From Tubiluchus corallicola (Eukaryota; Animalia; Priapulida), in assembly GCA_030141605.1 (NCBI GenBank), contig JAQGDQ010000665.1, positions 52,260 to 116,259 of the forward strand: 64,000 nucleotides of DNA. The letters run 5' to 3'. Shown here one piece after another: positions 25,501 through 37,500 of the stretch. The position numbers were made by a program, and so were the translations under genes. Position 1 is the first letter of the stretch. Every line of letters starts with the position of its first letter. The notes under the pieces were generated by a model, which ran no database searches, was not told the origin of the DNA, and worked only from the letters and a program-made list of their open reading frames with translations.

Positions 25501-28500
25501 TCAGTGACTGGTCGCCTACAATCTAGTTAGTTATGCTTGAACCAGCATTTAGTTTGTTTTCGTGTTGCAGTGTTCACTCGCTGCTTCGAGGTTTGTTTAT
25601 TGCGGACTCGCTGTTTCGCGGGTTTTCAAAAATATTAATGTAAAATATTTATCGCGGTATTTTCACTGTTTCGCGGGTTTTTTGCGGTACTCTGTCTAAA
25701 GTATTTTTGCACATGCGTAGTACGTATTGTACAGTAACGTATAGATTTGATGAATTTTGCATTAAAAAATCACAAAATGTATAAAAATATATTATAAACA
25801 TTAATCCTAACATTAAAAGAATGTTATGAATGATAAAAAATTACCATTTACAGTAAATAGTGTATTTATTTGGCGGATGAATACACACCAAAAACGAAAT
25901 GTAGTACTTGCGCCCCCTGGAGATGCTACTTGCAGACGTGAGATTGTAAGAGTTTAAAACCTTTTTATGAACATTTGAGTAAACTTTTTTAAAGGGTACA
26001 TGTACAGTATGGGAAAAGTTATTAAGGGAATAGGAAAGGGTTGTGTGTAAGAGTGTGGGGAGGGTTTATAAAGACTTAAAATAATGTATAACTACTAAAA
26101 TAAGTCTAACATCCCTACTTCGCGGAAATTCACTTATCGCAAAACACCCGTGAGGGAACACTTTAAACACATTTTACTTGCTCAGTTAAGTGTTAAGCCT
26201 CAGTGTTTAAAAAACGCCACATCCTTTATTAACTCTTTACTAACTTTTCCTTTTTCCTTTTTAACAGTGAAGACGCTTTTGCTCTTGCTTGTCAGGAATT
26301 TCCCAGATTTCCAAGTTCGACGGCGACGGCAAAGCAAGGAAGGGAGACGGCAAGGCAAGGAGGGGCGACGGCAAGGCAAGGAGGGGAGACGCCAAGGCAA
26401 GGAGGGGAGACGGCAAAGCAAGGAGCGGAGACGGCAAGGCAAGGAGGGGAGACGTCTCAACGTTCCAAGGATTCTCAAGAAAATGGAAAACAACCACGGA
26501 GGAGAGGTAGACCTCCCAAGTCTAAGGATAAACGGACGGTTAAGCGAGGCGCTGCTAAGCACAAAGACGCATCACCAGAAGTAGCTGAATCCGGGAGATA
26601 CGGAAGCGACGGATACTCTCCGTACGATGAACCGGTCGACTCGATGGATGTGACCGAAAGTCTTGAACCTCTTACTTCCGTTATGACCGCTCCCAGCGTG
26701 CCTAGTGCACCGCTTGCCTCGTCCACGTCAGTAGGATATACCCCTAAAGCACTTGTGGCGCCGCCAGATGGGAAAGATTATATCGAGACACCCGAGACTG
26801 CGAAATCTCAGCGCTCGAAAAGGATGCATGCGGGTCAAACTGCTGAGCAGACTGATCACACTGTTGAGCAGGTGGATCTAACTACTGAGCAGGTGGATCA
26901 TACTGGTGAGCATGTGGATCAAAGTGGTGAGCAGGTGGATCAAACTGGTGAGCAAATGGATCGACATGGACAGGCAGATAGACAGCCTGGTCCCGAGAAG
27001 CACCAGACACCGAAATCTCGGCATGTTACAACGGCTCAAACTGGTTAGTTGTGTACTTTTTTGATCATCAATTACACTAGATGGCAGCAGCGGGGTTTGT
27101 ACTAGCTTTGAACAGTAGTTTAGCAGCACATTCAGACTAGCGAGTTTTCAGTCGTAAGTTTTCTTTCCGACAGCAAACTCGTAAGTGTGAACTACTTTGC
27201 GAGTTACTGTTGGCAAGAAATTGCAAACTTTCCAATCGTCGCTGCGAATTGACTTACTGTCTAGTGTGAACGCTTCGGCGAGTTACTCTCGACACTTCTC
27301 GCAACGAATAGAGAAGCGAGTGTCAGTCCACACTTACTGTCAGAGAGTAACTCACAGCAAGTTTTGCTCTCTAGTCTGAACATGCTTGCAAGTTACTCGG
27401 TGAGTTACTGTCGACACTTCCTGCAGTGAATAGAGAAGTGAGTGTCAGCTCGTACTTACTGTCAGAGAGTAACTTACAGCAAGTTTGCTCTCTAGTCTGA
27501 ACATGCTTGCAAGTTACTCGGTGAGTTACTGTCAACACTTCCTGCAGTGAATAGAGAAGTGAGAGTCAGCTCGTGCTTACTGTCAGAGAGTAACTTACAG
27601 CAAGTTTTGCTCTCTAGTCTGAACATGCTTACAAGTTACTCGGTGCGTTACTGTCGACACTTCCTGCAGTGAATAGAGAATTGAGTGTCAGCTCGTGCTT
27701 ACTGTCAGAGAGTAACTTACAGCAAGTTTTGCTCTCTAGTCTGAACATGCTTGCAAATTACTCGGTGAGTTACTGTCGACACTTCCTGCTGTGAATAGAG
27801 AAGTGAGTGTCAGCTCGTGCTTACTGTCAGAGAGTAACTCACAGCAAGTTTTGCTCTCTAGTCTGAACACGCTTGTGAGTTACTTGACAAGTTTAGTTTA
27901 AAATTGCCAAAAACTTGCCATAAATGATAAACCTGGTGTGCTTTACTGGCGATTCGCTTTGTGCTTTTACCGCTTGTCACATGTGAGACATGTGAGACAT
28001 GTGACAAGTGTCACATGTGTGACATGCTTCTTTTAACACGTAAACTTATTAACACGATGTGGACAAACTGTGATACACAGTGGCTGGTTTTATTACATAT
28101 TTTTCTACACAGTTTAACCAACCAGACACTAGCACTTAACAATAGGCGTTAGTGCTACTTTCATTTGGTTGTGGAATGACTGGAATCTAGAGCATTGTCA
28201 AGAATAATCATTTGTGCTCAGACATTCATCTCTTTCAATGACAAAAAGAGCAAGAGTTAGTATGGCAGGTAAAACAGCTCCAAGACAGGTTGTCTGGCAA
28301 TCATCCAGTTAGTTAAGGAGCCCTCTCGATGCTTAACTTTGGTTGCGAAGCACATGCCGTGACTACTCCCAATTACATGTGAATTACATTTTTAAAGCAA
28401 AACCGGATCCAATTTTGCACTGAAGGTAAAAACAATCTGCTCTTTAAAATATAGAAAGGAAACATACTATTAATTCAAAAATGACTTACGTGAAAGAATT

Positions 28501-31500
28501 ATTACCACACAAACACAATTCTGTGTTCGCGCCACCAGTTCTTCGCTGATACATGCATTTCGCCATTTGCTTAGTTAGACAGGCACTAGTGCCTGCATTT
28601 CGGAAACGCATTGCACAAAAACAGGTGCTGTACCTCTCAGTTCAGATGTCGTAGTTTGTGACGAATGCCACACGTTCGACATCTCATGCGTGGCCACAGT
28701 TGTAAATTTGAAATTTGAATCTTTATCTTAAAACTTGCCTAGTTTTAATACAACACACTGAATATCTTATAGTATCACCGTACTTCAATTTTTGCTTTTG
28801 CCAACATGCTCGCAGAATATTTTTGATGATGAAAATAATGTTAGTTTGTGATGTCATCAATAGTTTGGCTCGCCTGCTGTTAATTAAGTTTTTAATCTAT
28901 TATTTAATTACGAGAAACGCTTTTGCAGTATTAATCGTGTTAAAATGTATACTTTTTATCAGATTTGAAAGTTGGGTAGTATTTGAAAAATCGTCCTGTC
29001 TTCCTGCACAACGTATTATAAGTTATTTTGCAAGGCTGACAGGTTTCTTCTTATTTCTATAGCTGACATTGCAGATCAGTCAATGCCAAGTAAGCCTACT
29101 GGTGATGAAGCCGGCCCGGTCCGAAAGAAGTATCCTACTCGTTCTTCAAAGAAGCCAATCAGTCTAAAGGAGAGGCGTAAATCTAAAGTAAGTGGCTTCA
29201 TCGTTAACGGCATGCATGTCCAGGGATAAGAATTTTCCGCTGGTGCGCGGAATTCCGAGTTTTTGGAAGACCAGTAGTGCCATTTTCGTAAATCGCATAA
29301 ATTCGTTGAGACATTAATACAGACATGCAAGATGGTATCTAGCACTTTATGGCACTGTATTGGCTAATTGAACTTTTCTTTTTTGATTGTGGTGGGACGG
29401 GAACGTAGTTAGCTCTTTAGCAGGAATAATGCTCTAGGATGAGATACAAAACTTGTTGAAATGCTTTAGCTCTGGTTAGATGTCTGTCTGTCTTTAACTT
29501 ACCTCAAGGAAGTGATTCGTGCCAGGCAGAATTGATTTTTCTTACCAGGCTCACTGTTGCTTAACTGTGGAACTATGACCGTTGTACAATATGACCGCTC
29601 AGCTATTCCCACACTTTGAAGTACTTGTGATTAGAAAGTGTAGTATTGTTATTTTCCGTTTCTCTTATCTGCACGCCTTGTTTTTATTATTTTATTACAT
29701 TTTATTTTATTATTAGGGTAGATTTTTTTGAGCTACAGTTTACGATTGGGTCCAGTTTTCCTTTATCAAATCACTTAGAACGACTAATGGCTGAAGAATT
29801 GCAGTTAGCACACCATAAATAGTTACAGTGAATGTTAGCTGTTGTCTAACAAACCACAAACAGTTGGAGTGAATGGCAACTGTTGTGTAACACGCCACAA
29901 ACACTTGTGCCAACAGAAAGTGATCATTAAATGATACAATAACATTCAAGAGTGATGAATTACACTCTGCCACTCTGACATATAGGGTCCTTCAAGATCC
30001 CATCACATCTATTGTTGATATTGAGTGAGGCTTTATCATTTTTAGAGTATTCCACCCACTCCTATCTGCAGGTAACAGCTTATGTTCTTTTATTCCTGAA
30101 GTTAGATTTCGTTGAAGGTTTTTATTTATCTTAGCTATTCAAGTTGTTTTTAGTTTGCCAGGTGGTTTTTGCAAGGTTTTAAGGCTTCCTTTAAGGTGAT
30201 TCTTACTGGTGCTTCATTTGGTAAACTTAGAAGATGACCTAGCCATCTTAATTTTTGGATCTTGACTTTTGAATTCCTAGGAATTTCTTTCAAGTGTGTA
30301 AATTTTCATTTTTGATTATGTATAGCCGTCTTTTCTTTAAAACTTTTCCTTAGAAGACTTCTATAAAAACTGACAATCTGCTTTTCTTGATTAATCATCA
30401 AACCATTTATGCTTTGATTTTATATTATACAAAAATTTTCTTGAAGGATTATCTTGTATAATGGGCCAGGGTTCACTTATGCTACAAACCTTGGGTTGAC
30501 TAGTCGTGCTTTTGAGTGCTGAATTCCAGTATGCCGAAATTTCTAAAAAAAAATAACAGGAATTTTATGTTGGGCAACTAATAGGTTAATCGAGATTACA
30601 ACAATCGTATAACATTTAAATGAACTAAAGACAAAAATTGTTTTTAAAATTTGAAAAAAATTGAAATAATCAGAGCATTCGTAGCATACATGTTGCTAAT
30701 TAAGTAAAATTTGAAATTACTGTATATTGTCAATAAGATTAAAAATACGTTTTTGACTAGTGAGCAGCGCACCCTAGAGGATGAGTCAATGATATTTTAC
30801 CAATTGGCACAAACATTTTAAATTATTATTTCTAGTTGCATAAGTCTTTCCAGCAGGTAAATGAAATTCTAAGTAATGTAGATTTGCATTGAAAGTTTTT
30901 TAGGTCATAATTTAACATTTCCTTTTCTTCCCCTGATTTACGTGGCGTAGTGACGTCATGTAATGGCGCCATCGGAACAGTATTGCAGGAGATTTAAAAT
31001 GAAAACAAATGAAAATTCCTTTCAACGCGAATACGATATGTGCATAAAATTGCTGTAAAGTAGTATCATTTTTAAGGCATTTTTTCTGAAACCTACTTCG
31101 GGTACCCCTTTTCTTGTCCTTTAGGTTTTTGCATTTTTAAGCAAGTCATTATAGTAGAAAAATATATAAAATTAAATATGATTAAGGATTATGGTTCCCT
31201 TCTAGTATCTGTTCATTTTTTGCCTATTTTGACCAAATTAGTATTTAGCACAAAAAAATTCAGCAGAAAAAAAACAGTTGCTGCACACATTTTCTTAGTA
31301 CCCTGCCTACTGTCACTGCAAAAATGTAAAATTTGAAACACGCAGCGTCTGTCATTTTACGTACATATATTAATTGTATGATAATTTTCTATATTTTAAT
31401 TGTATGTTAAAATGCATGCTGTTTGTGGGTTGATTTTTCCTTTAAACGTTCATATCATTCAACTTTTATCGGTCAGCTTTTTTTGAACAATTGAGTAACG

Positions 31501-34500
31501 TTTTCTTATGTCTGTTTTAATAAAGAAACGAATGTATAGACTTTTTATTAATGACCTCATTGTCAAGTGTGAATATAACTTGTTTAAAGTAACTAGATGG
31601 GTGACTTGTTCAAAGGTGCAGGTGAAAACGCAGAAGCTTGCAAAGCGAGCCAAAAGGAAGTCGACGGCAGTCATCAGCACGAGCACAGATTCCAGTAAGG
31701 AGAAGCAGGCGGGAGCTGTTGCCATGACGACAAGTACGGATTCTGCCAAGCAAGTGCCTCCTAAGAGTCCGGCAAAATCAAGAACACTTAGAAAGGGCAA
31801 CACTGGTAAAGATACGGGTCAAAATCTAGGTTAGTCATTGTTGTTTGTTTATTTAGTTTTAATTTTGTTTGTTCATTTATTTTTTAGATACATTTAACCA
31901 TACATAAGTGGTAATTATGATTGTTTTTCGTACTTAAACGTACAAATTTTTATAGCACACTTGATATGCATAATGTGTTTGATATTAGTTCCCTGGGAAA
32001 ATTACCTGTGTTGTTTTAAGAAGGTAGTTATTCATATCTGAGAAATGGTCTTCTTCTTCTTCCCAGCTTTTCCCTATTCGGGGTCGCCGTTGTGAATAAG
32101 TCTTCTCCATGCATTCCTGTTGTTGGCCATCTCTTCATTAAGCAGTAAAGTTATAGGAAAGAGTATTTACTTTTAAAGTGTTTAAAGTAGCAGTTTCGCA
32201 CTTTTTAAATATAACTGCCGTTTTCATTTCAAACAAACATTCGACTTGCAATGCTTTTTTAACTCGCCTCTAGATGGCAGGCAAAAAATCAGTCGGTGAC
32301 CGTAACAATGCCAACATTATCAATGCCCCGACTGCACTGCATTGTTAGAAGCTACACCAGGACAATGCACACAGTGACCGTAGCAATGCCAACATTATCA
32401 ATGCCCCGACTGCACTGCATTGTTAGAATCTACAGCAGGACAATGCACACAACAGCTGCATATTACGGACACCACGGCAACCTGTTGTTCCAGCTAAGCT
32501 GTGTCTTCCTGCTGCTTGAAATTTTACACATCTTTTTTTCGAATACCATTAACGCACAAAAAAAATTGTATTCAATATTTCCGCGAATAACATGTTCTGA
32601 TTGGATGTTTATTTAGCTATTTGAAGCTGTTGGCTGTTTTTGTTCTAATTTATAGATAATTTAACTATTTGCTAAAAATCTGCCTGTACCCCATGAAAAA
32701 TGTTTCTTTTACTGTACAAAACACAAAATTCAATTCAGTTCAATCACTTTATTCTGCACTATGAACAAATAATTTGACATTACTACTGCCTTTATAAAAT
32801 CAAATTTTCATTAATACGCTCAGTTTGCCAGACAAAGGTGGAAAGATGTGGGTCCGAATTTGCCGATTGTCCTTATTTACCGATTGTCCTTATTTACCGA
32901 TACTAAACTAATACAGTAGTGTGTTAGACTTACGGTAACATAGAATCAATTGCTTAACTGTCTGAAAAACGTCCAATACGGGCTACTCCTATGCAAAAGT
33001 ATATAAAAACTGTCAACAATTGGCTTACACGCTGCTTGGCTACATTGGTGTAATGATGTAAACAAAGTGATGGCCGCCAACAAAGTGATGTTTTATAACG
33101 GTCAGCTCGTGAAACAGTGGACAGTGCACGTAGTATGCTGGACTTTTTGACGGTCCAGAGTTTGTCCGATTCTTCCGATATCCGTAAAAGCGAGGCCTGG
33201 CAAACCGAGGTATGCGTGTACGATCAAATTAAGATTTATTCAAATCTGGAACAGATCTTGACACAAAAATGTGAGCATTACGAAGCTTAATAGAATTACT
33301 GGCTGTTTTTACCTGTAAATACTCAATGTAGTAAATTTGGAGAATATTGCATCTTCTTCTTCTTCCCAGCTTTTCCCTATTCGGGGTTGCCGTTGTGAAT
33401 GAGTCTTCTCCACGCCTTCCTGTTTTTGACCATCTCTTCATTTAAGTCTTCCCTTCCCACATGATCTTCACCGACTCTTCTTTTCAGGTGTCCATACCAT
33501 TGCAATCTTGCGAGGCTTCCACTACTTTTACTGTTCCTCTGATATTATTATTTCTAATTTTATCTCTTCTTGTTATTCCCACCATCCATCTCAACATCCT
33601 CATCTCCACCACACCCATTTTCTTCTCTTCGGTCTTCTTTATAGACGCTGCTTGCAGCCCATAGATTAGAGCGGGTCTGACCACTTCTTTGTGGACTTTC
33701 CCTTTAAGTCTCACCGACTCATTCATAGAAGGTTTTGGTGCAATTTTTACAGGCGAATGCCTTTCCTGACCCTAACCCTCCCATTTATCCGGGCTTGGGA
33801 CCGGCACCGAGTTTTTGCTGGCTTTTGAAGAAGAATATTGCATAAAAAATGAAATTTCTCGATGATCAGCAATTTAATCAGGCACCACAATGAAACTTGT
33901 AATAATTGCAGTATTTGCAGTCACATGGAGTTTCTTTAAATATAGCTGCCATTATGCAGATGTGCTTGCTACAGATAATTGGTAATTGGTATTGGCAGGT
34001 TCGAGTAGGCTTACTTAACATTTCCATTTCTGCATTTGTTGTGTAGAGGTGGAGCCAGCTGCCATTGCTACTACTAGCACGCAGGTGTTGGGCGATCCGC
34101 ATGAGTTCCGTGATACGTCGTCGTTGCAAGGTCGTCCCAGATTATCTCATCCGGAGTTTTCTAGAGTGGATTCAAGTGATATGTCGGATAGTGAGGTACA
34201 GGATCTGCATATCTTTATGCTGGTGGTGGTGAAACTCGGTTCATGTGATACTACAACCTGAGAAATTGCTGGCATTAACGTTTTGCAAGTTTTTAGTTAT
34301 GGAAGGCTTTAGTCTTCCTCCTAGAATATATTCCTTAGCTAGTATTTGAATTTGTTTGATGTTACAACTTCAAGGTGATAGCAATGTCATCATGTTTGAT
34401 GACTGAACAGTGACGACATCATGTTTGATGATTTAACAGTGACGGCATCATGTTTGATGACTTCATAAGAATGGCATCATGTTTGATGACTTCATAAGAA

Positions 34501-37500
34501 TGACATGTTTGATGACTTAACAGTGCCGACATTATGTTTGATGATTTAACAGTGACGACATCATGTTTGATGACTTCATAAGAATGGCATCATGTTTGAT
34601 GACTTCATAAGAATGACATTATGTTTGATGATTTAACAGTGACGACATCATGTTTGATGACTTCATAAGAATGACATCATGTTTGATGACTTCACATGGA
34701 TGACATCATGTTTGATGACTTTATAAAATGGCATCGTGTTTGATGACTTAACATGGATGACATCATGCTTGATGACTTCACATGGATGACATCATGTTTG
34801 ATGACTTAACAGTTATGACATCATGTTTGATGACTTAACGTGGATGACATCATGTTTGATGACTTAACAGTTATGACATCATGTTTGATGACTTTACAGC
34901 AAGCCAGAGGTATGGCTTACTTAACATGCGTAGTTTTGGCAGGACCACAACGCATCAGTTATTGAGGCTAATCTTCTAAAATGAGGCACTGAACAAGCAG
35001 GGTGTCTCAATTTGCGACATGAATATGTTTCTCCTCAATGAAATAAATCAGGTGAATGAAACTGTCTAAAGTGAGAACTGAACACAGCTGTCAGCCATTC
35101 TTTGACGAGCCTTGCTAACTTTGTTGACAAAATGCACACCACCACCACTCGGTTGTGTTATTTCGAAATGAATTACCGTAAAATTTTATATCACACAAAA
35201 ACGAAGTGCGATACATTTGAAGTGACACAGTTCTTCTTAAGTGGCAATGACGATGCCACACAATACGAGAAATGAGGATTGTGGCATTACCGGCACCTGT
35301 GATTCGATGTCATTTAGTGAAATAAAAAACACTTTCGCCAGTTTACGTGAACTTTTTTATTTCGCTTTCAGAAAATTCTGCGGCATAAAGTCTATAGCAT
35401 TGAGAGGAAAGGGAAACTCGTCGTGAGGACGAAGGAGACCATTATGACCACAGTAATAACTCTCATCCGCCGCCATCGGCAGAAATTCTTCGAGGTTAAC
35501 GGCAACGTTGTTGAGGAGTTTATCACACTGGTACGGGAAAAAGTTGAAAAGCTTCAACAGTTTCTGTTCACATAGAAATCTCTTTTCTGTTCACGTTTTT
35601 TTTCTCTTTTTGACAAGTTCTGGCATGAATCAAAAGCTGTCTTGGCGAATTCTTATGTATTTAAGATTTAATTTAGGGTAAATACATAATGAGTGTTTTC
35701 TCCGTGTTTACAGGTTGAACAAATCAAGGCCCTATCAGCATTTAAAACAAAATTAAAATCACTAATATTAACCAGATATGAAATACCATCACACCAGTAC
35801 GACAACATACACACTAATTCAGAATTTATATATATACACGGCCATATTAATTAAATCATAATTTTTTCATTTTTTGTGCATAGTTGTAAATATGTTTGAT
35901 TTTATTCGTCGTTACATTCCATCACTGCACAGTAGTTTAGATTGCACTGACGCATTTGCCTTTAGCAGTGTAAGTTTTTATTAACTAACACTGATTGATC
36001 ATCTCTGTAAAGTTTTTATTCAGTGATTATTAATGTATTTTAATCGCAAATAAACATTATTATATATATATATATATATAAGATTGCCCTGTCTTGTCGA
36101 TTGGTCACGAAGGCTACATAGAGTTTTAACGGTACAATTTTACAAATTGATAATTTTTTGTGAAGCAGCGTCAAGAAAAATTAGTCTTTGCACGGGTGGC
36201 AAAAATCAGATTCTGGTACCGTTTTCCTTGAATCCGTCAGATTGTTAAGATTCAGCTACAGTGCAGAAACTGTAATGATTTATGTTCACAAATATAAACA
36301 GCCATTGGTATATTTTAACTAACTGCACTGTTATGTTAACAACAAACATTCATTTATTACACCCTGAAAGCTTGAACACACGAGCAGTGAGTCATAAAAG
36401 TTACTGTTTTCCCACATGAGGCATTTGAGTGAGTTTTTATCTGCCAGACTTCTTAATTACTTTAATTGCATGCTTCATCAATGAGTCCGCTGCATCAGTA
36501 CGTCAGCTAGGTTCCGTACTAGCATAGGGAATAAAATAATCTGTATTATCATTTTAGTGTGCTGTTGAACTTAACAAGTTTATTCGTTTCTTTGTTAGTG
36601 GCCTGAAATAGCTTTTTAAAGGTTAATAAGGTTAATTTCATTTGGATAATTAAAGAAATCATAGCTTGTTTTTTATAAGTCACCCCTGCTGCAAAAATGG
36701 TTTGGTCTGCCATATCCCTATGGGCTGTCAACCTGGCACGTTGCCAAAGCAGCAGGTACTTGTCTACTAGAAGTATCTACTGTAGAACTGCAGAAGGTGA
36801 TACTTAAAATCTAAATTCTCTAACAGCGATATCATATTAAAATAATGTCCGCATTTTCATTGTCAGAACTGGGTAGAAATATTAGACTTGAATAATAAAG
36901 AACGCGGGTAATTACTCAGGGTTCCGGATACCCGATGCAAACACTAAGAAAAATGTTACGCAACTAGACTAAGACCGACCCTTATGGACACTGTGCAATT
37001 TCACTTTCTAAGTATGTGTAGTGTGCAGTAACCTTTCAGCTATTCATCTTACCGTAAATTTTTACTGGCACAAAAGTGTTCACTATCAGCCAACTTGCCG
37101 ACTTAACAGTAAAACTTTTCGTCTTATTTCCAGAAAGAAGATCCGCCAAAGTTTGAACATTTCAGCGAGGATAAAGAGAGCGTGAGCCCCTCGTCCGATC
37201 GTTCTCACACGACGCTAAGCGAAGGCGATCTCGCCGACGTCAGCTCCTTCAAATCAAGCAAATCCGATCTCAGCAAATTTGCCTCCGACGCCAGCAAGTC
37301 GTCTTGCAACGCGGAAAAGACCAGTAGCTCCGAACGCCGAATGAGTTACGACAGGAACGTGTCTGTCAGCGAAACTCCCGTCCAGCGCGTAATGCGGCAA
37401 AGTATCGGCAGCGACGTCGGACCCGTTTTAGCCGGCGCGACTCCCGAGTTTAAAAAACCTCACCGGTTGAGTACGCGGCAGTCTTTATCGTATTTTCTAC

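Noticed and set aside
26150-26584. 144-aa Arg-rich ORF
   Set aside because: Wrong frame of the 21-nt coding repeat; splice phases support the frame continuous with ORF 26644-27048.
35357-35557. Minus-strand 66-aa ORF
   Set aside because: Antisense shadow of the 53BP1 exon at 35372-35530.
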